DNA of 42,298 nucleotides from Acidobacteriota bacterium (GTDB lineage Bacteria; Acidobacteriota; Thermoanaerobaculia; Multivoradales; JAHZIX01): NCBI GenBank assembly GCA_020439725.1, contig JAGQSE010000170.1, positions 1 to 42,298 of the forward strand, read 5' to 3'. Shown piece by piece: positions 24,772 to 33,405 of this stretch (position 1 is its first letter; each line of letters starts with the position of its first letter). The notes under the pieces were generated by a model. It saw only the letters and a program-made list of their open reading frames with translations, ran no database searches and was not told where the DNA came from. The position numbers and the translations under genes were made by a program.

Positions 24772-27700
24772 CTACGGACTGACGACCGTCCAAGCGTCTG
24801 TGGTTCCGGACTCAAAGCCGTCGCCGAAGAGTGGCAACGGGCACCGATCCGTGTTCAGAATGATGAGGTCGTCGACCCACCAGCCCTGTCCGCCGCCGAT
24901 CTCGTCGGAGACGAAATGCCAGCGAAGAAGGACGTCATGGCCAGCGAGGTCTCCAAGATCAACGCTGACCCGTTGCCAGCTGATGGCGGGGCCGGTCCAC
25001 GCGTCTCGTCCCGGAAGCGGGTTCGAACAGCAGGCAGACAGGATGGTGTTGTAGCCGTTCTCGATGAAGCGGCCCGGATTGGACGGAACGCTCGTTCCGT
25101 CCCCTTCGAGGATGTCGAACCAGGCTCCGCCCCCATCGACGGAGTACTCGAGAACACCTCCGGCCGCACCGGTGACGGTGTCCATACGCTGGTAGAACCT
25201 GAGGACCGCACTCGAGTCGGAAACCGGGAGTGCGTACCTGAGCCCCAGCATCTGATCCTTTACGGCTTCTTCGTCATTCACGAACCAGGAGCGCTGCCCT
25301 GAGTGGGCGTCCAAGGACGAAGTTGTCCAGCGGGAAGTGCCGCTATCCTGGGGTCCGGAGGTTGGGACCCAGCTGACTCTCGTGCGTTCGACATCGTCCG
25401 TACAGTTCGCCCCGAAAGAGGCCGAAACAGCATGAGAGGTCTCGATCGTGAGCGAGCATGGAGTCAGCCCCGAGCAGGCACCCGCCCAACCAGAGAACAC
25501 CGAGCCCACATCGGTCGAAGCGCTTAGCTCGACGACTGTACCCCGCGCAAAGACCTCGGAACAATCCGTCCCGCAACTGATACCAGGGGGATCACTGACG
25601 ACGACTCCGGTGCCGTCTCCGGTGGCTGTGACCGAGATCTCGGTGGGCCGGAACTCAGCGGCGACACTCATCGGTGCTTCGACCGTGACCAGGCAGTCTC
25701 CGGTGCCGCTACAGCCTCCTCCGGTCCAGCTTGCCAGATAGGAAGTGCTGTTCGGCGAGGCAGCGAGGATGACCGGAGTTCCGAACAGAAAGTCCGCGGA
25801 GCAAGTGCTGCCGCAATCGATTCCAGCCGGATCACTTTGCACCAGGCCATCGCCGGCCCCAGTCTTGGTCACATCGAGGCTCAGCTCGGCGATGCCGCAT
25901 TCGGCGTTGACTGCCGTAGCTCCGCCGATCGTGACTACGCAGGGCCCAGTCCCGGTACAGGCCCCGCTCCACGCCGTGAGGGCGCTATCCGGATCCGGGG
26001 TTGCAGTGAGAGTGACGCTCCTTCCGAAGAAGAAGTCACCAGCGCAGTCCGTGCCGCAGTCGATCCCCGCAGGGTCGCTAGTGATCCCACAACTTCCGTC
26101 TCCGGACTTGGTGACGGTCAGAGAGAACTGCTGAAGACCGAATTCTGCGGAGACAGCTCTCGCCGCGTCGATGGTGACCACGCAGGGTCCGGTGCCCGGG
26201 CAGGCGGGCTCGCTCCACCCGATCAACGTACTACCCGTCTGCGGAGTTGCAGTCAGGGTGACTGTGGTGTCGTAGAGGAAAGACTCGGAGCAGTCACTCC
26301 CGCAGTCGATCCCTGTGGGTGAGCTGGTGATCAGGCCGGCGCCGTCTCCGAGCTTTTCGACTAGCAGCGGGTAGGAAGCGATCCCAAAGGTCGCTGTGAT
26401 GGCGTGAGCTCCATCCATTGTGATCGAGCACAGGCCCGTCCCGCTACAACCGTCACCGCTCCAACCCAGGAAGGTGGAGCCTACGTCCGGCGTTGCGCTC
26501 AGAGTCAGCTGGCTTCCCACCGGATAGTCCTCACTGCAGTCGGAGCCACAGTAGATACCGTTGGGGGAAGCGATCACCGTGCCGCCACCGGTTCCATCCT
26601 TGGAGACCGAAAGCGGATAGAAGACCTGCGCGATCAGCACGGAGTGGTCTTCCACCTCTCCGTCCAGAGACAGCCCCTGAGGGGTGAGCCCACCAGCGGT
26701 ACTTAGCCGGAAGCGGGCGAAGGCCAATCCGGCAGGAGTGGCATCGCATGGGACGGCTACCGTGAGCTGGTTCGTTCCAGCGCTCAGAGGCTCGCTGACA
26801 AAGACCTGCTCAGTCGGCATCGCCCAGGCGCCATCGGTATCGAAGTCGATCCAGGCATCCAGGAGACCGGGGCCTGAGCTCGTCACTTCGACGGTTGCGT
26901 CTTGGCAGGGCACGAGCTCAGCCGGGAAGGTAACCCCGTCCTCGTCGTTGGCCGCTCCCAAGTCATCTCCGTCGCCAGCCAAGGTCGGCTGACCGTCGAG
27001 CTCGCCATCGATGCTAGCTCCGAGGTGCAGCGCGGCGTGGAGTCCGTGGCGAGCTCCGTCCTCTGCGAGGGAGGTCGGGAAGGACCAAGGCTGACCCAGG
27101 GCAGCATTGGGGGCATCCCCATAGTCCACGTCTCGCAGGGAAATGGTGCTCGAAGCAGAGTTGTTGTTGCCGTTCGGGTCCACGGAGTTCGTGGGAGCTG
27201 TGACGCTCGCCGTATTCACCACGCTTCCGTCGATGCCTTCCACGATGGTGGCTGTAACCAGGTAGGTGGCGGTTCCTCCGGCTAGCAAGCTAACCGAGGA
27301 GTCGAGCAGGTCACCAGCGCCGGTGCCGGCACAGCTTGAGCCCGCCGTTGCGCTACAGGCCCAGAGCACATCGCTCAGAGTCATCGGGAAGGCATCGGTC
27401 ACGGTGACCCCGCTTGAACAACTGGGTCCCTGGTTCGTCACTTCGAGCGTGAACTCGATTTCCTCCCCCGGAACTGCCAGAGAAGTACTGGCTGTTTGGC
27501 TCATCATCAGGTCAGCTTCCAAGCCCACTTCGACAGTGATCACCTCGGAGTCCGTAGCCTGGTCTGGGTCCTCGACGAGGATCTCGATGGGATAGCTCTG
27601 GAGCGCCTGAGCGCACTCAGGAGTCCATGAGAAGGCTCCCGTAGTGGGATTTATCGAAGCTCCAGCAGGGCTCCCCGAGCCGAGGCTGAAGGTGAGAGAG

Positions 27701-30700
27701 TCTCCATTGGCATCGAATGCGGTTGCGGTGAAACTGAGCGTTTCGCCGGCGTCGACAGCGTAGGGGCCTCCCAGAGGATCCAGGGTTGGGGGTTGGTTGG
27801 GGCCTGCGACAACGAGAACGAATCCTGTTGCATTGTTGGCGTAGGTAGACTCCGGAATCTCCTCGTCCGGATTGATCTTCCCAGTGATCGTGTAGGCTCC
27901 TGGCGTACTGGGAGCGATGAAGCGAGCTGGGACCGGCTCCTCGTCAGAAATCGGCTCACGAACATCCACATAGGCTTCTGCCAGGGTAACTGGCGAGCCA
28001 TCGATCTCTGTCGAAAAGCGGACCAGCGGAAGCCGAATGTCGAAGCCCACCCCGGGGCTCCTCGCCACGAAGGGGTAAACGACCAGCTCTCCGGGTGAGA
28101 CTGTGTATTCATTCACGCCGTTGGCGTACAGTCTGTAGTCGGCCAGCGCGCTGTTCGCGAGATCGAACTCGTAATAGTCGAGACCTCCCCCTGGAGTAAT
28201 CCTGCCATCGAGCTTGAGGACGTATGCTCCTTCAGGGACATCATCATACGATCGGATATCTACATCACAGTAGTCGACCTCATCTGGATCCAGTCGCCCG
28301 AGGAAGCAGTCGTCCAGAATACGGAGGCGGGATAAGGTGGGAGGGTTGACGATTTCTAGGGCCGCCTCGACGTTGAGGATCGTCGAGTTGCTGTCGTTGT
28401 AGAACTCGAAGCGGAATCTCGCGTCCTCGCCGGCCTCAAAGATGCCGTTATTGTTGTCATCCTGGATCATCGTCCCGGCAAGGAATTTGAAGTTGGACCC
28501 GACGATATTGCTCCAGTTTCTGACTTGGAATGACCAGCTACTCGCCAGGCCCCCGGGGCCAGATGCCTGCAGGGCGACTGGGACGTCTGAGAAGTTTGAG
28601 TGATCTCGATTGCTGCCTACTTGTATCTCTTTGACGATCTCGCCGGGGCGAAAGTCCAGCTCCATGGGGTGAAATAATTGCCCCGTTGGCGTGGACTGCA
28701 AACTGACCGTTCGTAAGTATGATTGTGGGCGATCAAACCAGATGTGAACCGTAGTTTCGTCTCCCTCCATGATGTTGGTCGGATAGGCGCTGATAAAGAG
28801 CTGCGGGTCGCCAACTGATCCAGTCGTAAAGCCGAAGTCAAAGGCGGTCGGGAGGTTCTCGCCACCCAAGTCCTGAACGGCACCAGTTGATATGTGAACC
28901 TGATATGAGGTGCCTTCGGTAAAGTTGTTCGCGGGGCCGAGGATCAGCCGCCGAGAGGATGACTGGATCGTCGTGTAGAAAGGCACTGGGTCGCCCTCCG
29001 AATTGACGAGCGTCACAGCATCGAGGTTTGGTCCAGCAACGATGTCCCGGTTGAAGGTGATTCGTATGTTGTCGCTGGTGGAGATCCCCGTGTCGCCGTT
29101 GGCAGGAATACTTCCTGTGACTTGGAACGTCTCAGGTGTTATGAAGTTTGCCCGGATAGTTAGGTCTCGGAATAGCGTCAAAATGCAAGGATCTGCGCCG
29201 TAGCAGATGTCTCCCGAGAACCCCACGAATTGAGATCCAGACCCTGTAATCGTGACCGAATTCCCTTCTGGGACTACTGCGCTAGTAGAGTCACATCCAG
29301 GAGGACAGTTGATTCCGTCCCCACTCACCGTGCCGTCTCCGTCTCCTTGTTTGATGACGGTCAGGGTGAAGCCATCGCCTGGCAGCTGTGGGTCGTAGGT
29401 GAGGGAGTGGGTGTCCGCGATCGCCCTTTCGCCCGTTGAGTCCTCTACCCAAAGTTCCATCGAGACGGTACCTGGGCTCGCACCGTAGGTTGCAGGGTCG
29501 ATGTTGCTTGCCGTGTAGGAGCCGCTCGTGCCAGAGCAGGCAGCGCTAGTGCCTCCGCAGAGGAATAGCTCTGGGCCTCCGCTGGTGAAGGTGACGCTGA
29601 CGGCTGCGAGGCCGTCGGTGTCTCCGGCGGTAGCTCCTACGAGTGCATCGCCGGTCACGGTACCTGTGGGCGAGGTGATTGAGCCGGTTGGAGAAGCGTT
29701 TGAGCTGGAGCCCCGGACAGTGAATTCGAAGCGAGCTCGCCCCACCTTTCCGCGCCTATCACCGCTGGTCGCATTGATCACAAACGTCGTATCAGTGCCT
29801 ACGCTCGGAGGATGCCAGATGACCTGGGAGAAATTCGCGGGCCGGGTCGTCGTGAAGCTGCCGCCGGTTGCTGACCAGCTGTAGAAGACTGCGTCGCCAT
29901 CGGCGTCGAGATCTGGCCCGCTCATGGGCACGGGTTCGCTGACTACCTGATAGTTGCCTCCACTAGCAGTGGGAGGAGAAGGCGCAGAAGGGTTTGTGGG
30001 GTCGTAGACCTGCTCGTAATCTTTACCCAGCGTAACAATCGACAGGCTGCTGGCTCCCTCCTGGCTGCGGCCTTCCGTTAGCGACGAAGGGAGGTATGGG
30101 AGATCCTTGCCTCCTGTGTCTTTGAAGTTCATTGCATTGGCTATGATCTTCGAGATCTCTGCCCGATTGATCGGTCGCACAGCGAGAAGGTTACCGTTGG
30201 CATCTACCTGATCCCCGCCAAGGTAGTTCCCGAAGCCCTGGACGCTGTACCCTGCAGCGATCGGCACCTCCAGCTCGTTGTTCCAAACCGCGGTGTTGTT
30301 CGCGAGCCACGAAGAGCCCAGGCAATACCAGGCATTCGGGCCAACATCGACAAATGGCAAGACAGTCCCGCCCGGGCATGAGCCGTCCATGCCGACGGCC
30401 GTGTAGTCCACAGCCTCGAAGACGGCATGGATAGTCTTGGCAGCTTCATAGCGGCTGACGGGCTCATGGGGGCAGAATCCAAATACACCATTCGCACAGA
30501 CGCGGCCTTCGACAAAGCCCTTTTGGACAGCGTCAGCGACATAGCTGTAGAACCAATCGTTCACCTGTGTATCTGGGAAGCCGGGATTCGGAGCAGCTGT
30601 GTCGACGGATCTGGCCGCTCCCTCATAAGCCATCTTCAGCACCTCGGCTCGTGTAGCAGGCCGAGCAGGCCAGAACAGGCCGTCCTGGTCTCCTTGGACT

Positions 30701-32310
30701 ATGTCGTGCCAGAAAAGGTAGAGAGTGAACGGTTCATACCAACTGCCTGGTTCCAGATCAGATGCATAGGGGGTGAAGGACCACGACAGCTGAACATCTC
30801 CTGATGAATGGTGTCCGTCAACAGCAATCATGAGAGGACTGCCTGGGAGTACTGGGAACGAGAGATTTTCCGTTGCGTCGGGAGCGTTCTGAAAGGCGAC
30901 CCTTAGGAGATTCTGTACTCTAACGCCAACGTAGACCCCTAGGAATGTGTCAAAGCTACTCCCTAATGTCGAAATCGTCAGTTCGCCGTGACCCAGAGGT
31001 GTGTATTGCCACCAGAGCGACTTGTTGCCAATGCCTGCTGGGTCGAAGGGCTCGCCCTCTTCGCGGCTGGCGCAGATATTTGTCTCAGATGTGGAGCCGG
31101 TATTGCCAGCGATCTCTCTGCGCTCATCGAAGTTGTCATTAATGGTTCCGCAGACCTGCCAGAACTTTTGAAGTAGGCCTGCGCCATAACTCGTTGCTGC
31201 TGAGTAGAAGATATCTCCATAGAGCCTGAGTAGAGTCTCCTGATTATGGTCGCTGTAGAAGAAGCCCGCCTTTCTCCATACTCTCGGCGTCAGTAGGCCA
31301 TCTGCTCCAGCTGAGTTCTCGATGTGAGCAAAAAACCGCGCGTAGCCGGTTCCGTCTCTGAGGTCGTCTAGATTGCACTGCGTTCCTGAGGTCGATCCGT
31401 CTTCATTCTCCATTGGCCACCAGCTGTCAGACTGGCTGTGCTCGCATGACATACTATCGTACCAGTATCCAATGTTCTGAATTCTCCAGCCTTGCAGGGT
31501 TAGGTTGTACTCGTCCACCATGAACATTTCAGAGAGTTCTGTCACTGGAGGCGGGTCAGTGTAATTCAATTCTCCATAGAAAGTGCTCAGCTGGTATGTT
31601 AGGGATGATACGCTTTCAATGAAGTCTCGGGCTGAGCCCTCTCCTGGAACTATTGGTTGTGGTCCGAATAGCTGGATCGCTAGCGATGTGTCTGGAGAAC
31701 TATTTTCGAAGTAGTCGAGGATGTGGAAGCTGCTAGCTTCGGCGCACCAGCCCCAGTTTTCAAAATCATCTCCATTGCCAACGCCGTGTCCGCAGGCCGC
31801 CCATTCAACCGCGCCATGGGCATCCGTTGTTACGTGCGCTGGGGAGGTCATGTCTTGGAGAAGATGCAGCGCACGCCCGAGCTCATGGAAAGATTCCGGA
31901 TCTGGGTATAGGCTGATGGATCTGTTCCACCGATCAGTCGCAATATCAGCTGCAGAAGGTGGTGAGGAGAGATTCCCGCAAAAGCGCCCTAGTGCCCAAT
32001 GTACATCGAGGAGGTCGTTTCGTCCCGTATGTGGGTTGAAGAAGTGAAAGCAAAAGGGGGCAATTGAGTTGTCGTCGACCACTTGTGGTATAGAGTCTTC
32101 TTGAACGCTTCCGAGGGCTATCAGGTCTTGTGCTGTCTGGTCAAAAAAGGTCTCAGGAATGGCAGCTTCGAGCAGGGCAAGTGCGGATTGGCTCAGGCTA
32201 TGGTGCGTATGAGTATCTTCGTGCGCCTCAGAGAGAGAAGCGTTCAGGAGGACTGTGGAGGCAAAGAGAAGAGTGGCGGCGTTGCTATTCCTTAGTTTCC
32301 TAGGTCTCAC
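24772..32310 (-). CDS. giant secreted multi-domain protein (2512 aa): N-terminal Zn-phospholipase C-like domain, internal SLH triplet, Ig/SbsA/cadherin-like modules, DUF11, GEVED, five B-repeat-like modules, C-terminal lectin-like domain
   Basis: The GTG start has a GGAGGAG SD 8 nt upstream and overlaps the upstream stop (GTGA). After the signal peptide comes HEDTHTHH...FHFFNPH...LGRALHLLQDMTSPAHV (PLC/P1-nuclease-type Zn site, about 31741-32226). Three SLH-like units (about 30125-30715) include FPDTQVNDWFYSYVADAVQKGFVEG...PHEPVSRYEAAKTI. A putative Ig module reads NQPPTLDP...FTATAFDANGDSLTFSL...INPTTGAFSWTP. A DUF11-like module reads VTNQGPS...TYLVTATI...NTASVT. The GEVED domain runs DYGDAP...WIDFDTDGAW...GEVEDH (about 26640-27135). 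The C-terminus ends in FGDGFESGTTDAWTVVSP. Confidence 0.9.
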   Translation of the reverse strand: MRPRKLRNSNAATLLFASTVLLNASLSEAHEDTHTHHSLSQSALALLEAAIPETFFDQTAQDLIALGSVQEDSIPQVVDDNSIAPFCFHFFNPHTGRNDLLDVHWALGRFCGNLSSPPSAADIATDRWNRSISLYPDPESFHELGRALHLLQDMTSPAHVTTDAHGAVEWAACGHGVGNGDDFENWGWCAEASSFHILDYFENSSPDTSLAIQLFGPQPIVPGEGSARDFIESVSSLTYQLSTFYGELNYTDPPPVTELSEMFMVDEYNLTLQGWRIQNIGYWYDSMSCEHSQSDSWWPMENEDGSTSGTQCNLDDLRDGTGYARFFAHIENSAGADGLLTPRVWRKAGFFYSDHNQETLLRLYGDIFYSAATSYGAGLLQKFWQVCGTINDNFDERREIAGNTGSTSETNICASREEGEPFDPAGIGNKSLWWQYTPLGHGELTISTLGSSFDTFLGVYVGVRVQNLLRVAFQNAPDATENLSFPVLPGSPLMIAVDGHHSSGDVQLSWSFTPYASDLEPGSWYEPFTLYLFWHDIVQGDQDGLFWPARPATRAEVLKMAYEGAARSVDTAAPNPGFPDTQVNDWFYSYVADAVQKGFVEGRVCANGVFGFCPHEPVSRYEAAKTIHAVFEAVDYTAVGMDGSCPGGTVLPFVDVGPNAWYCLGSSWLANNTAVWNNELEVPIAAGYSVQGFGNYLGGDQVDANGNLLAVRPINRAEISKIIANAMNFKDTGGKDLPYLPSSLTEGRSQEGASSLSIVTLGKDYEQVYDPTNPSAPSPPTASGGNYQVVSEPVPMSGPDLDADGDAVFYSWSATGGSFTTTRPANFSQVIWHPPSVGTDTTFVINATSGDRRGKVGRARFEFTVRGSSSNASPTGSITSPTGTVTGDALVGATAGDTDGLAAVSVTFTSGGPELFLCGGTSAACSGTSGSYTASNIDPATYGASPGTVSMELWVEDSTGERAIADTHSLTYDPQLPGDGFTLTVIKQGDGDGTVSGDGINCPPGCDSTSAVVPEGNSVTITGSGSQFVGFSGDICYGADPCILTLFRDLTIRANFITPETFQVTGSIPANGDTGISTSDNIRITFNRDIVAGPNLDAVTLVNSEGDPVPFYTTIQSSSRRLILGPANNFTEGTSYQVHISTGAVQDLGGENLPTAFDFGFTTGSVGDPQLFISAYPTNIMEGDETTVHIWFDRPQSYLRTVSLQSTPTGQLFHPMELDFRPGEIVKEIQVGSNRDHSNFSDVPVALQASGPGGLASSWSFQVRNWSNIVGSNFKFLAGTMIQDDNNNGIFEAGEDARFRFEFYNDSNSTILNVEAALEIVNPPTLSRLRILDDCFLGRLDPDEVDYCDVDIRSYDDVPEGAYVLKLDGRITPGGGLDYYEFDLANSALADYRLYANGVNEYTVSPGELVVYPFVARSPGVGFDIRLPLVRFSTEIDGSPVTLAEAYVDVREPISDEEPVPARFIAPSTPGAYTITGKINPDEEIPESTYANNATGFVLVVAGPNQPPTLDPLGGPYAVDAGETLSFTATAFDANGDSLTFSLGSGSPAGASINPTTGAFSWTPECAQALQSYPIEILVEDPDQATDSEVITVEVGLEADLMMSQTASTSLAVPGEEIEFTLEVTNQGPSCSSGVTVTDAFPMTLSDVLWACSATAGSSCAGTGAGDLLDSSVSLLAGGTATYLVTATIVEGIDGSVVNTASVTAPTNSVDPNGNNNSASSTISLRDVDYGDAPNAALGQPWSFPTSLAEDGARHGLHAALHLGASIDGELDGQPTLAGDGDDLGAANDEDGVTFPAELVPCQDATVEVTSSGPGLLDAWIDFDTDGAWAMPTEQVFVSEPLSAGTNQLTVAVPCDATPAGLAFARFRLSTAGGLTPQGLSLDGEVEDHSVLIAQVFYPLSVSKDGTGGGTVIASPNGIYCGSDCSEDYPVGSQLTLSATPDVGSTFLGWSGDGCSGTGLCSITMDGAHAITATFGIASYPLLVEKLGDGAGLITSSPTGIDCGSDCSESFLYDTTVTLTATPQTGSTLIGWSEPACPGTGPCVVTIDAARAVSAEFGLQQFSLTVTKSGDGSCGITSDPAGIDCGTDCAGDFFFGRSVTLTATPDPDSALTAWSGACTGTGPCVVTIGGATAVNAECGIAELSLDVTKTGAGDGLVQSDPAGIDCGSTCSADFLFGTPVILAASPNSTSYLASWTGGGCSGTGDCLVTVEAPMSVAAEFRPTEISVTATGDGTGVVVSDPPGISCGTDCSEVFARGTVVELSASTDVGSVFSGWAGACSGLTPCSLTIETSHAVSASFGANCTDDVERTRVSWVPTSGPQDSGTSRWTTSSLDAHSGQRSWFVNDEEAVKDQMLGLRYALPVSDSSAVLRFYQRMDTVTGAAGGVLEYSVDGGGAWFDILEGDGTSVPSNPGRFIENGYNTILSACCSNPLPGRDAWTGPAISWQRVSVDLGDLAGHDVLLRWHFVSDEIGGGQGWWVDDLIILNTDRCPLPLFGDGFESGTTDAWTVVSP
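25411..26619 (-). repeat. five tandem, diverged 76-82-aa coding repeats (about 246 nt each), InlB B-repeat-like, each with conserved Cys pairs
   Basis: Repeat units start at YPLSVSK, YPLLVEK, FSLTVTK, LSLDVTK and ISVTAT. The shared pattern is G.G.G.V.S.P.GI.CG.DC...F..G..V.L.A.P...S.F.GW.G.C.GTG.C.VT......V.A.F. The units sum to 403 aa. Confidence 0.8.
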
Positions 32311-33404
32311 GGATTTCTCCTCCGGGCTTGGAGTACGTTATTGGCCCTTAATGCGAAAAGGCCCCTTTTTAGCACTATCTCTTCAAGCCCAGACTCCGAG
32401 ATGCTTAGCGGGAGCCTGATGAGTTCATTGAATGCCCAAGCAGATAGGTATTCGTCCTGGCTCTCGGTGTACGTTGCGAGCTTGGTTGCTTGGTCTCGCT
32501 CTGAATGCCGAAGAAGCTCATGTTGAGCAAGAGCGGCGGCGGCTGGGCCAGTGGCCAGGCTATCTGGCTCATTTAGTATCCCCAGGAGCCGTTGATTAGC
32601 CTCTCGATTCTGCAAGAGACCTAGTCCCTCTATCGACCATCTCTGGTAGCGGGGCCTCTGGCTAAAGGAGCCCGTCAAGAGAACTTCTAGACCCTCTGCT
32701 GAGCCGCGCCTGGCGAGTGCTACTGCGCTCATGATTCGCACTCCTTCCATGCTGGGTCCTTGCTTATGGAGGTATTTCTTGAAAAGTGCAGTGTCTTGGT
32801 TCGTCCCAATTGTTCCGAGAGCGTAGAGAGAGGCAGCCATCAAAAGGGGCTCCTCTTCTTGGTTGAGAATCGACCGTAAGGTTTCTGAGGCTGACTCCGC
32901 TCGTAGGTGATTAATTAGAAAGATGGCTTCAGCGCGAAGAACCAGAGAATTGGCAGCCTGGGCAGTGGTTGCTAATGTTGAAGCTCCCGCTGTGCTTCCA
33001 ATATCGCGGAGTAAGTTTAAGGCCAAGATTTGATCTTTTCGATCACTTGAGCGTAAGAGTGTGGGCGCAATAGCTAGGGCTGTGTCTGGGTCAGTTAGGA
33101 TCTCAGAGTATATCTGGTCTCGCTTTGCGCTGTTTTCGGTCTTCCAGACTTCTATTTGCTTCATTGTGCTGGACGTTTCATTCCGTGCTTTACTTTTGCT
33201 GAGCCGAAACTCTCTGCCAGCTGTTTGGCTTGTTAATGGGGTTGCTTCTAGTTTGCTATTGCAGCCTGGTAGAACTAGTGACAGGCAGAGGCTTGCTATG
33301 ATGAGCAAGCTGCGCACTTTGAAGGTCGCTGATGCGGAGGGTTTCTTGGTGGGAATCAATTTGTTGGATTTACTAGTGGTAGATTGGAGCATTTTCAGCC
33401 TCAT
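32307..33404 (-). CDS. HEAT-like helical-repeat lipoprotein (about 365 aa)
   Basis: The start is placed at ATG 33404 (MRLKMLQ...), 1 nt after the kinase stop. Signal plus lipobox is LLIIASLCLSLVLPGC. Repeated motifs of the type L..L.D.G...A...L are present (LALNLLRDIGSTAGASTL, LYALGTIGTNQDTALFKKYL, AVALARRGSAEGLEVLL, IEGLGLLQNREANQRLLGIL). This stretch is visibly AT-richer than its flanks. Confidence 0.7.
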   Translation of the reverse strand: MRLKMLQSTTSKSNKLIPTKKPSASATFKVRSLLIIASLCLSLVLPGCNSKLEATPLTSQTAGREFRLSKSKARNETSSTMKQIEVWKTENSAKRDQIYSEILTDPDTALAIAPTLLRSSDRKDQILALNLLRDIGSTAGASTLATTAQAANSLVLRAEAIFLINHLRAESASETLRSILNQEEEPLLMAASLYALGTIGTNQDTALFKKYLHKQGPSMEGVRIMSAVALARRGSAEGLEVLLTGSFSQRPRYQRWSIEGLGLLQNREANQRLLGILNEPDSLATGPAAAALAQHELLRHSERDQATKLATYTESQDEYLSAWAFNELIRLPLSISESGLEEIVLKRGLFALRANNVLQARRRNP

Positions 33405-33405
33405 G

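Noticed and set aside
25411-26619. Periodic repeat of about 246 nt that could be mistaken for a repeat array or CRISPR-like structure
   Set aside because: The repeats are long, diverged, in frame and translate into a conserved protein module within one continuous ORF. There is no short identical repeat/spacer organisation anywhere in the window.
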